Source: an uncultured archaeon (lineage in GTDB: Archaea > Iainarchaeota > Iainarchaeia > Iainarchaeales > GCA-2688035). From it: a stretch of 16,686 nt of DNA. Position 1 is the stretch's first letter, and every line of letters begins with the position of its first letter. This document shows, in pieces, positions 1 to 8,117 of this stretch. The stretch lies in assembly GCA_964354805.1 (NCBI GenBank), contig CAYHBD010000044.1, forward strand, positions 1 to 16,686, in the 5' to 3' direction. The notes beneath the pieces are model-generated. The model saw nothing but the letters and a program-made list of their open reading frames with translations, ran no database searches and was not told the DNA's origin. The translations under genes were made by a program, and so were the position numbers.

Positions 1-641
1 TTTTTCTGAGTTACTGGCTCTTGCTGACGTTTTTTGGTTATTCCGCTACACCATACAAAACACCCTGGCTTATCGTTGATATAACATTGCCAATGCTTTG
101 TTTGGCTGCATATTTTTTGCAAAAAATCTATAAAAAAGAAAGATTGCTCAATTTCATTATTCTGGTAGCCCTTGTTTGCGCTTTTTTGTCCTATTACGCT
201 ATTCAGACAAGCTTTATACACTTCTCGGAAGACGAGCACAACAAGCTCGCGTACGCCCACACAAACAAAGACATTTATAACCTGCTCAACTGGCTGGAAA
301 CCGGATCAAAACAGGCTCCAATCAAAATTCAAACAGACAGCTATGGGCAGTGGCCGCTTCCATGGTACTTTGAGCTGGCAGGGTATTCGATTGCCAGAGA
401 CAGCAATCTTTGGGATTACATGACAGCAAATGAAAGCAACTGTCTGGGCAAAGGCTATCAAGCCAATCCAAAAATTGTAAGAGAAATAGAATCAAGGCTG
501 GCTGAACTCGGACATCCCATAATCCTTGGATACGCAAAAGAACTGCAATGCTTTTCAGCAACATGCTATAAAAGAAAAGACTACCAGCTCAGAAATAACC
601 TGTGGATAAGCGTGTTTTCCCGAAATTGCGAGAGTCCATAG
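1..641 (+). CDS. C-terminal part (5'-truncated) of an Agl23/TIGR03663-like GT-C (PMT-like) membrane glycosyltransferase
   Basis: Motifs YSATPYKTPW, LAYAHT and WPLPWY follow hydrophobic TM segments, then a soluble C-terminal domain. The frame is open from the window edge and stops at 641. Confidence 0.7.
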   Translation, partial: FLSYWLLLTFFGYSATPYKTPWLIVDITLPMLCLAAYFLQKIYKKERLLNFIILVALVCAFLSYYAIQTSFIHFSEDEHNKLAYAHTNKDIYNLLNWLETGSKQAPIKIQTDSYGQWPLPWYFELAGYSIARDSNLWDYMTANESNCLGKGYQANPKIVREIESRLAELGHPIILGYAKELQCFSATCYKRKDYQLRNNLWISVFSRNCESP

Positions 642-684
642 AAAATTAGTGTAGAATAAAAGCCAACAAGCATCTAATTCTTTT

Positions 685-1410
685 CTAACCGTAAGGGGTT
701 GGAGAAGGGCTTGGACTAGGAGAAGGAGAAGGACTCGGGGTTGGACTTGGCGAAGGAGAAGGACTTGGACTTGGGGCAGGCACACTACACATAGCCACTG
801 TATCACAGCTTCTGGCAGCATAAAAACTGCCATAAGGCTCAATGCTGCATGAAGTTCGCGTCCTTTGCTCGCAAGCGCCGGCAATCCCACTCTCAATATC
901 ATAATAAAAACAGCACCCTGTCTCGCATCCTGGTATTGAAGAGCAATTTCTACTATGCCAGTGCCCTATGTATCCTGGCTGGCCTAGATCTGGACAATCT
1001 AAGTCTGGATTCTCCACATCTAAACATTGGGAATCGTACATGCAGCACCCAGACATATAGAGACAGCTGTGTGCGCCAACTCCTTCACCTTCGCAAACCT
1101 CGCCTGCATCACAGGCGATGCCACAGCCGCCGCAATTTCCATTGACCCAAGAATCAACGCAGGCGTGATCGCAACAAATATATCTTGACCCATATATAAA
1201 ATGAGAGCAGTCTTCATCAGTTGTGCAAACCCAAGGCTCTGGGCTTTGGGATGGTTCAGCCAATGGCGAAATCTCTGGGGCAGAAGGCCCGCTATCTCCC
1301 TCCAATGTTGTTCCTCCGCTTGGCCATTCTTCGTCCTGGGATAAGCAGCCGCTTAAGAAAACAGCAAAAATCAACAGAATTGCCAACAACAGAATATAAT
1401 TCAACTTCAT
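685..1410 (-). CDS. Cys-rich secreted lipoprotein with C-terminal Pro-Ser tail
   Basis: Signal peptide with lipobox FLSG-C; 22 further Cys in CxxDxDC, NCGGCGxAC and GCC motifs; ends in (PS/PT)n-YG. Confidence 0.85.
   Translation of the reverse strand: MKLNYILLLAILLIFAVFLSGCLSQDEEWPSGGTTLEGDSGPSAPEISPLAEPSQSPEPWVCTTDEDCSHFIYGSRYICCDHACVDSWVNGNCGGCGIACDAGEVCEGEGVGAHSCLYMSGCCMYDSQCLDVENPDLDCPDLGQPGYIGHWHSRNCSSIPGCETGCCFYYDIESGIAGACEQRTRTSCSIEPYGSFYAARSCDTVAMCSVPAPSPSPSPSPSPTPSPSPSPSPSPSPTPYG
694..780 (-). repeat. Coding low-complexity (Pro-Ser/Thr)n hexanucleotide repeat
   Basis: Encodes PAPSPSPSPSPSPTPSPSPSPSPSPSPTP using mixed synonymous codons. Confidence 0.9.
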
Positions 1411-1433
1411 GCTAAATAACTGTGTTTAACTTC

Positions 1434-1441
1434 TTTATAAA
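1434..1441 (-). promoter_or_regulatory. Archaeal TATA box for the leaderless lipoprotein gene
   Basis: TTTATAAA lies 24-31 nt upstream of ATG 1410, with no SD. Confidence 0.55.
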
Positions 1442-1497
1442 TGTTGCCTGCCAAGGGGCTTGTGGACTGGGTTAAAAAAGCAGGGCAGAAACAAACG

Positions 1498-1513
1498 GAT
1501 AAAAGCTTTAAAA
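1498..1513 (+). promoter_or_regulatory. BRE/TATA promoter for agmatinase
   Basis: Purine-rich GATAAAAG is followed by CTTTAAAA about 25 nt upstream of ATG 1538. Confidence 0.5.
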
Positions 1514-1537
1514 CAATTTTGTGAGATAAATTATTAC

Positions 1538-2545
1538 ATGAAAAAGCTGAATCACACTTTGTTTTTTGTTGAGGGAAACCCTTCGCTTGAGGACAGCAAT
1601 GCATCAGTGCTCGGGGTTGCATTTGATGAAGGCAGCTGCTATGGAAAGGGCGCTGACAAGGCGCCTGCTGCAATAATTGCCGCATCGCACCAGATTGAAA
1701 CAGAACAGCCGCTTACTGGCGAAACAGTCCAGGCAGCAATCCACAATTTTGGAATAATAAAGCCGAAAACAGCAAAAGAAATGGTTTCCGAAACTGAAAA
1801 GATTGCGAAAGAAGCTATTGAAGCGGGAAATTTTTTCATTCTGCTCGGCGGAGACCACAGCGTTTTAAACGGTGCCCTAAACGCAGTTCCCAAAGACACT
1901 TTTTTCGTGAACCTTGACGCGCACCTTGATTTGCGCGAGGAATGGCAGGGGAAAAAGCTCAGCCATGCTGCCATTGGGCACAGGATTTTTGACAAGGGCT
2001 TTGGGCAACTGTGGGTTGGGGCAAGAGACAGTGTGGGCGAGGAAGAGATTGAATTTGTTTCAAAGCACTACTTGGCTGACAAAATATTCTATTGCCCTAC
2101 AATGCCAGAGGCATTCTATGGAAAGCGCGCTTTTCCAGCATGGATGCAAAAGCAGAATATGCTGTTCAACGGAAAAATAAACGCAGCACAGCTGCAGGCA
2201 ATTCTTTCGGCAATCGGAAACAAAAAGGTCTGGCTAAACATTGACTTTGACTGCCTTGACTTGAGGCAGGGGATTGAAACAGGCACTCCAATGCCGCACG
2301 GCCTGACTCTTGAGACAGTGGACGAGCTTTTGTTTGAGATCTGCGAAAAAAAGAATGTGATTGGCTTCAGCCTGACAGAAGTTATTCCAAGCAGCAACAA
2401 CAGCAGCCAGACAATTGCTGCAATGCTTTGCCTAAAGATTGTTTCATGGCGCTTTAATTACCCCTGCAAAAGCAGCAGCATTGTAACCTATGTCAAAAGA
2501 AGCGATGGCGAAAAAATAAACCCAGTTGTTAAGCGCCGCGCTTAA
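1538..2545 (+). CDS. speB: Agmatinase / arginase-family ureohydrolase
   Basis: Mn-binding motifs GGDHS, DAHLD and DFDCLD, plus TGTP and GADKAP. Start placed at ATG 1538 (MKKLN) from the promoter spacing. Confidence 0.85.
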   Translation: MKKLNHTLFFVEGNPSLEDSNASVLGVAFDEGSCYGKGADKAPAAIIAASHQIETEQPLTGETVQAAIHNFGIIKPKTAKEMVSETEKIAKEAIEAGNFFILLGGDHSVLNGALNAVPKDTFFVNLDAHLDLREEWQGKKLSHAAIGHRIFDKGFGQLWVGARDSVGEEEIEFVSKHYLADKIFYCPTMPEAFYGKRAFPAWMQKQNMLFNGKINAAQLQAILSAIGNKKVWLNIDFDCLDLRQGIETGTPMPHGLTLETVDELLFEICEKKNVIGFSLTEVIPSSNNSSQTIAAMLCLKIVSWRFNYPCKSSSIVTYVKRSDGEKINPVVKRRA

Positions 2546-2983
2546 GGCAAAGCAGGCAATATCAAGCCATAACCTGCTGCCCAAAAGTTTTGGCCCAAGA
2601 TTTGCTTTTTTGCCTTTTCTCAATTTTTTTGCAGCAATGGCAGGCAGCGCCTCATCCAGAAAGGCAAAAATAATGAAAAAAACAAAAAATGCCGGAATTA
2701 CTGCAGGCAGCCCAAGCAGCGCAATCATTGCCGCTATTGCAGCAATTGCAAGAAAATGCGCTGCATCATCTATTTTTCCGGCAATCAAAACAGCTGCAAT
2801 CACTGCAAGGAACAATGTTGCGAATTCGGCTGAAGAAGAAATAAGATAGCCTGCAAGCAGGCCATAGGCAACAGCAGTGAAATATTTTATTTTTTTATTA
2901 AAATGCGATTTTTTGTCAATCAGGTCGTCTGTTAACTTCGCTGTAAAACCGGAGAAAAAGCTGATTAAAAAATTCAGGGGCAT
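2444..2983 (-). CDS. Integral membrane protein of unknown function (about 6 TM)
   Basis: Multiple hydrophobic helices with acidic motifs KLTDDLID, GKIDD..H and LDE; co-oriented downstream of the peptidases. Confidence 0.75.
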   Translation of the reverse strand: MPLNFLISFFSGFTAKLTDDLIDKKSHFNKKIKYFTAVAYGLLAGYLISSSAEFATLFLAVIAAVLIAGKIDDAAHFLAIAAIAAMIALLGLPAVIPAFFVFFIIFAFLDEALPAIAAKKLRKGKKANLGPKLLGSRLWLDIACFALSAALNNWVYFFAIASFDIGYNAAAFAGVIKAP

Positions 2984-3005
2984 TCCACATCACACAAAAA
3001 GAAAT

Positions 3006-4070
3006 TCAGCGCAGCTCAATCAATCTGCCAGGTGCTTTGCTCAGCCTGGCAGCACCTTTTTTCGTTACAACAATGTCGTCCTCTATTCTTATGCCGCCGA
3101 ATTTTCCGTAAACGGCGGGCTCAACAGTCAAAACCATCCCCTGCTTCAAGTTGTCATTGCTGCTTTCAACAAAGCCGCTTGGAAAATCATGCGCTTCAAT
3201 ACCCAAGCCATGGCCTAATCCATGGATTAGCGGAAAGCCTGTTTCCCTCTCCAGCTGCTTTGCAGCAAAAGAAAAGATTTCGCTGCATTTCGCATTCGGT
3301 TTCATTGAATCAATTGCCTGCTGCTGCACTGCAAATACTCTTTCATACAATTGCTTTTCCCGTTCACCTGCCTTTCCAACAAAAAATGTCCTGCTCAAGT
3401 CAGCGCAATAGTTTTTGTACCTGCACCCTGCGTCAACCAAAAGAAAGCCTTTTGAAATTTTTTTGTCTCCCGGCAGATGGTGCGGAACCGCCGCACTTGA
3501 ACCTGATGCGACAATCGGCGGAAAGGCAACAATGTTGTCGGCTTTTGCCCTGAGCTGCATTTCAATAGCGTTTGCAAGCTGTTTTTCGCTCATTCCCTTT
3601 TTGTAAAGAGCCTGAATGCCGTGCATAACCTGTTCTGTTATTTTCACCGCCTTTTTTATTTTTCCCAGCTCTGAATCGGTTTTTATTGCCCTGACTGCAG
3701 CCAGCTGCTTTGACGCATCAAAGAATTTTTTGCCCTTTAATTGCTTTTTCAAATCAGCGAAAGCGTTTTTTGTAACAAAACTGTAATTCAGGCCGATTCT
3801 TTTTCCAATCAAATTCTTTCGCAATATTTTCAGCGAATGCTTTCTGCTTTCAACCTGCTTTACAGCCAGCTGCTTTGATGCAGCTGCTGGAATGGAATAA
3901 AACCTTGTTGTCAGCAGCATGGGCTTTGCTCCCTTTCTTAGAACCAGCAAATTGCCTTCAAAATGCTCGGCAGTCAGCTGGGTGAAATAGTAAAAATTCG
4001 GGTCCGGCGCTTTCAGCAGCACGGTTTGCGCATCAATTGAATTGAATAATTCCTTAATTTTTTCTTGCAT
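3006..4070 (-). CDS. pepQ: Xaa-Pro aminopeptidase/prolidase (M24B)
   Basis: VDAG, YCADLSRT, HGLGHGLGIEAHD, TVEP and GIRIEDD metal-ligand motifs. ATG 4070 immediately follows the upstream TGA (4072-4074). Confidence 0.92.
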   Translation of the reverse strand: MQEKIKELFNSIDAQTVLLKAPDPNFYYFTQLTAEHFEGNLLVLRKGAKPMLLTTRFYSIPAAASKQLAVKQVESRKHSLKILRKNLIGKRIGLNYSFVTKNAFADLKKQLKGKKFFDASKQLAAVRAIKTDSELGKIKKAVKITEQVMHGIQALYKKGMSEKQLANAIEMQLRAKADNIVAFPPIVASGSSAAVPHHLPGDKKISKGFLLVDAGCRYKNYCADLSRTFFVGKAGEREKQLYERVFAVQQQAIDSMKPNAKCSEIFSFAAKQLERETGFPLIHGLGHGLGIEAHDFPSGFVESSNDNLKQGMVLTVEPAVYGKFGGIRIEDDIVVTKKGAARLSKAPGRLIELR

Positions 4071-4071
4071 T

Positions 4072-5859
4072 TCAAGCAACCATTTTTCCCTTTTTTATTA
4101 TCCAATTCTGCCTGCCTTTTGGATCGATTGTGTAAATGTCCAGTTTCTGCCTTGGGCAGTTTATTACAATATCGCAGTGGTAGGTTGTCTCTCTCCCTGG
4201 CTCATATCCGCTGCCAAGGGCAATGTGGATCATTCTCGCCATTTTCTCTGTTTCAATCAGGTAGCGCGACAGCCTGGCTTTCGGGTTTGTGTTTATCGCA
4301 AATTCGCCAACCCTGTTGAAATTTTTTCTCAATGAAGCAACCATATTCCTGGGCATGCTCTTGTTTTTTTCAAACAAGCCAATCATTTTCCAGCTTTCAC
4401 GCTTTCTTTTTTTGAAAGCGTTAACTATTTTTCTGCTTCCGCTTAAAATCTTGTAAGTTCCGTTTTTTACTTCAACAACCAGAGGCTGCTTTCCGCCGAT
4501 TACATAGCTCTGGTCAATGTTTATTACAACATCGCCAACAAATGTCCCGTCCATTTTGTGCGGAGTCAAAAAAACCTCGCCCCCTGGAAAGTTGCCGTAT
4601 CTGCCGCTGACTGTCTTGAAAATGGCCGCAGCCTCCCTTGGCACAATTGGGTTTACTTCAATGTCGCTGCTCAAAACAGGGCTTTTCTTTTTCAGGATGT
4701 GCATTAAATCAAGCACAAGCTCTGTCCTGCCGCCCTGCACTTTTTTGCCCTGCACAACAACCTTTTTTGCATTCTGCAAAATTTTTCTAATCCTGTCAGC
4801 CCTTTTTCTCATTGCAAAATAGTCAACAAAGCAGCTTCTTATGTAATTCTCAATCGGCAGTGTTTCTGTTATTGCATGCCTTGTCAATGGCTGCCTTCTG
4901 TCAATTTTTGACTGCTGCAGCCACCAGGGCTTCAAAAACATCTGGCCTGGCGATTGCCACCTTGTTTTTTTATTTGGCGAAGGGTAACCAATTTTCATGC
5001 CAAAGAAGTGCTTTCCGCCATAGCCTTTTCCGTGGACTCCAAAGCTGACGTCAGCTGTCCTCAAATTGCTTGCGCCGATGAAAGGTGAAAGCTTTGCAAA
5101 TGCATTGAACCATGGCTCGCTTATTTTTTTCTCGTATTCGCAGCCCCTTAGGGTTACTGCAAGGTCGCTTATTCTTTCCATTGGCTCAAGCTGGCCCATT
5201 CTTGCCGTGTCAGCGCCCATTGAAACGCTTTTGCACATTCTGCTTGCTGCAATTGCAAAAGTGTATGCGAGTGCAAAGCTGTCCAAATAATCTTGCAATG
5301 GCAGCTCAAGGCTCTTTTTCTTTGGAATCAGCTCAAACCCAATGCCGACTGTTTCCTTTCTGCGCAGGCCAAAGCCCTGGGTTAAAATCCTTTTGTTTGT
5401 TGCAACCAGCTGCTGCCACCTGAATTTTTTGAACCAGCCCTGCCTGAATTCAATTGTTTTTTTCCCGCACCTGAAACCGTTCTTTTCAGCAACCAACTCC
5501 AGCTCAGGCGCCCTGAACAGCTTTTCAAAATAATTGCTTTTTGTCTTTTTCTGCACTGTTTGTATGAATGCCTGCAATGCGGCTGCCGCATTGCCTTTTC
5601 TGCCATGCTTCAGCTCGCCGTACAACTGCCATGTTTTTCTCAGAACAGGCAGCATCCTGTTCTCTTTTCCGGAAACAAAAACGCTGATATCAGCGTTCAG
5701 CTCATCAATAGCCCTGCTTAAAGGAGCCAAACTGAAAAAAGCCTTTTCATTGCCAAATTTCAACACCACAAGGCAGCTACTGCCCTTGCGCAGCTTTCCC
5801 TCCAATTCCTTTTTGTAGTAGGCAACGTCTTTGTCAAATTGCTTTAAATTATAGCGCAT
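4072..5859 (-). CDS. M29 (aminopeptidase T-like) metallopeptidase domain protein with a long N-terminal region
   Basis: C-terminal half has GNFPGGEVF, GEFAINTNP, TEK, IHIALGSGY and HCD, matching the E/E/E/H/Y/H/D catalytic set of M29. Start is probably ATG 5859. Confidence 0.75.
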   Translation of the reverse strand: MRYNLKQFDKDVAYYKKELEGKLRKGSSCLVVLKFGNEKAFFSLAPLSRAIDELNADISVFVSGKENRMLPVLRKTWQLYGELKHGRKGNAAAALQAFIQTVQKKTKSNYFEKLFRAPELELVAEKNGFRCGKKTIEFRQGWFKKFRWQQLVATNKRILTQGFGLRRKETVGIGFELIPKKKSLELPLQDYLDSFALAYTFAIAASRMCKSVSMGADTARMGQLEPMERISDLAVTLRGCEYEKKISEPWFNAFAKLSPFIGASNLRTADVSFGVHGKGYGGKHFFGMKIGYPSPNKKTRWQSPGQMFLKPWWLQQSKIDRRQPLTRHAITETLPIENYIRSCFVDYFAMRKRADRIRKILQNAKKVVVQGKKVQGGRTELVLDLMHILKKKSPVLSSDIEVNPIVPREAAAIFKTVSGRYGNFPGGEVFLTPHKMDGTFVGDVVINIDQSYVIGGKQPLVVEVKNGTYKILSGSRKIVNAFKKRKRESWKMIGLFEKNKSMPRNMVASLRKNFNRVGEFAINTNPKARLSRYLIETEKMARMIHIALGSGYEPGRETTYHCDIVINCPRQKLDIYTIDPKGRQNWIIKKGKMVA

Positions 5860-5882
5860 AAAAAAAACCAAAAAAAATAAAA

Positions 5883-6059
5883 TTAAAGTTCGGCCTGTTT
5901 TCTTTTCAGCATCGGCAGCCCTGTTCTCTGGTTTTCCACTACTGCAAAGCCTTCCGGCAAATAAATGCCTTCATTGGCATCCTTGCTGAAGTAAAATAGC
6001 TTGCCCCTGCAATGCAGGTAATACTTTATCCCCCTGCTGTTTGAATGCTCGTAGCCCAT
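5883..6059 (-). CDS. 58-aa small protein (not in the ORF track)
   Basis: Hand translation: MGYEHSNSRGIKYYLHCRGKLFYFSKDANEGIYLPEGFAVVENQRTGLPMLKRKQAEL*. It fills the gap exactly and is followed by a T-rich tract. From recall, it resembles a small uncharacterised archaeal/CPR family (YYLH...YFSK...LPEG..VVEN.RTGLP.LK). Confidence 0.8.
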   Translation of the reverse strand: MGYEHSNSRGIKYYLHCRGKLFYFSKDANEGIYLPEGFAVVENQRTGLPMLKRKQAEL

Positions 6060-6144
6060 AAGGATGAATGCCCCTTTTGTTTAACTCAAATTTATTACTA
6101 TTAGCTGGTTTCTTATTATTAAATTTTTTGCCAGTGTATTTACT

Positions 6145-7332
6145 ATGAATAAAAGAGAATTAACGGCTTGTTTCAGGCGATTCTGCGCTGCTCTTTCCCC
6201 AAGTGACAGGATTGCGTTAGTGCACCACAGCGATGCAGACGGCTTCTGCTCTGGCATAATAACTGCAAAAGCCGTTGCCAGGCTCACCGGAAAACAGCCT
6301 GTTGCTGTTCTGCCATATGAATACGGGAACAGGAAGCAGGCTGAAAAAATTTCGGCTGCAATCAAAAAAGAAAAAGCCAACAAAGCCATAATAGTTGACA
6401 TTGGCATTGACAGCGCCCCGCACAGCCTGCAGCAGCTCTTTCCTTTTGCCGAAGGCAATTTTTCCCCAGGCTTTTTGCCAGCGAAGCATTTTCCCAAGGC
6501 TTTTGCAACAGCAAAAGGCTTAGGCAAAAAGGCTGAACAGAGCTGCCTTGTGATAGACCACCACCAGATGTTCAAAGATTTGAACAGCGAAAAAATTGTT
6601 TTCCTGAAAGCGCAGTTTTTCACAAAAAAAGACCCGAGCGCTTATGTGACAAGCAAATTTGCATTTGATTTGTTCAACCAGGTTACCGATGTGCAGCAAT
6701 GCGACTGGATTGCCTGCCTTGGCATCCTGGGAGACATGAACCTGCACACATGGCAGCAATTTGTGAGGGAAACAATTGAGAAAAGAAAGATTTCAATGAG
6801 TGAACTGTATAGCATGATGGATTTGATTGCAGCTGTTGAAGTGCTTGCAAACGAAAAAATGCCTGAGCTTTTCAATCTCTTTTATAATGCAAAAAAACCG
6901 GAAGATGTGCTCGAAAGCAAATTCAGGCATTTGCTTGCAGAATTCAAAAAAGAAAAAGATTCACTGGTTGCTGGCTTTGCCGAAAAAGCAGAGCATCGCC
7001 CTGAATGTGAGCTGTATTTTTATTCGATCAAATCAGTCAGGGACAACATCAAAAGCTATGTGGTGAACGAGTTAAGCATGCTGCATCCGAACGAAACAGT
7101 AATTCTAATCCAATACCTGGACAAAGGCAGAATCAGGTTCAGCGCAAGAAGGCAGGATTTCAAAGTGAAAATGAACGAACTGCTGCGGGAAGCAACCAAA
7201 GGCCTGCCAGGCGCAACTGCAGGCGGCCATATACCTGCCGCAGCAGGGAGCGTAAGAAGGCAGGACTTGCGAAAATTCAAGCGGAATGTGGTGGAAATTC
7301 TGGGAAAAAATGAGAACAAAACAACACATTAG
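6145..7332 (+). CDS. DHH/DHHA1 phosphoesterase (RecJ/NrnA-like nuclease)
   Basis: HHSDADG (motif I), VDIG (II), IDHH (III), LGD (IV), FSAR and GGHIPAAAG (DHHA1). Confidence 0.9.
   Translation: MNKRELTACFRRFCAALSPSDRIALVHHSDADGFCSGIITAKAVARLTGKQPVAVLPYEYGNRKQAEKISAAIKKEKANKAIIVDIGIDSAPHSLQQLFPFAEGNFSPGFLPAKHFPKAFATAKGLGKKAEQSCLVIDHHQMFKDLNSEKIVFLKAQFFTKKDPSAYVTSKFAFDLFNQVTDVQQCDWIACLGILGDMNLHTWQQFVRETIEKRKISMSELYSMMDLIAAVEVLANEKMPELFNLFYNAKKPEDVLESKFRHLLAEFKKEKDSLVAGFAEKAEHRPECELYFYSIKSVRDNIKSYVVNELSMLHPNETVILIQYLDKGRIRFSARRQDFKVKMNELLREATKGLPGATAGGHIPAAAGSVRRQDLRKFKRNVVEILGKNENKTTH
6432..6546. repeat. Palindromic/tandem-repeat segment within the DHH gene
   Basis: Inverted repeat GCAGCTCT (6432-6439) / AGAGCTGC (6539-6546); internal hairpin 6493-6524; about 29-nt imperfect tandem units. 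Confidence 0.55.
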
Positions 7333-7348
7333 TAAGGAGTTTTTACAG

Positions 7349-8101
7349 ATGAGCTTTAGATACAGTTTGATTCAAAGATTCTCCAAGAAGATTTTCAGAA
7401 AATTTTTTCCGATGCCAAGATCGCCTTGGACTATGGGGCATGTTGATGATATATGCTGTGTAAATCTAGTGCCCCCTGAAAAGCTGAAAACTTTTTTTGC
7501 CGATTGCATTAAAAAACTTCAGGGCATTAAAGGGAAAGACATCGGTGACTATCTTGAATTTGGTGTCTTCAATGGGTCTTCAATGTCAAGCATGTACCTA
7601 ACTGCAAAAAAGTTGGATCTTGACTCAATGAGATTTTTTGGGCTTGACGCATTTCAGGGATTGCCTGAAGGCGCGGAAAGTGAAGACGATGGTGTTTGGA
7701 AAAAAGGTTTCTATTCTTGCCCATTTGAAAAAATGCAAGAATGCCTGAAAAGAAAAAACATCAATCCAAAAGACATTAATTGGGTAAAAGGCTGGTATAA
7801 GGATACCCTCAACGATAAAACGATTAAAGAATTCAATCTGAAGAAAATAGGCATAGTCTTTATTGACTGCGACACATACAGCTCGTCAAAAGCTGCTCTG
7901 GATTTTATTGGCCCGTTGCTTACAGAAGAAGCGATATTGTGTTTTGATGACTGGAAATTAAACGACCTTGACATAAAAGGCATAGGCGAATATAAATCAT
8001 TCAATGAGTTTTTAGAAAAAAACACGCATTTAGAAGCAAAAGAAATAAAATCATACAACAGAAAATCAAAGTCATTTTTAATTAAGCCCATTAAAAAGTA
8101 A
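7349..8101 (+). CDS. TylF/MycF/NovP-family SAM-dependent O-methyltransferase
   Basis: YLEFGVFNGSS, DAFQGLP, KGWYKDTL, IDCDTYSS and FDDW motifs; SD AAGGAG at 7335-7340 before ATG 7349. Confidence 0.85.
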   Translation: MSFRYSLIQRFSKKIFRKFFPMPRSPWTMGHVDDICCVNLVPPEKLKTFFADCIKKLQGIKGKDIGDYLEFGVFNGSSMSSMYLTAKKLDLDSMRFFGLDAFQGLPEGAESEDDGVWKKGFYSCPFEKMQECLKRKNINPKDINWVKGWYKDTLNDKTIKEFNLKKIGIVFIDCDTYSSSKAALDFIGPLLTEEAILCFDDWKLNDLDIKGIGEYKSFNEFLEKNTHLEAKEIKSYNRKSKSFLIKPIKK

Positions 8102-8117
8102 AATGGAGCGAAAAAAA

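Noticed and set aside
7286-7348. ORF-track N-terminal extensions (also 1460, 9152, 12401, 15542)
   Set aside because: They overlap neighbouring genes or promoter elements; downstream ATGs fit SD, TATA or coupling signals better.
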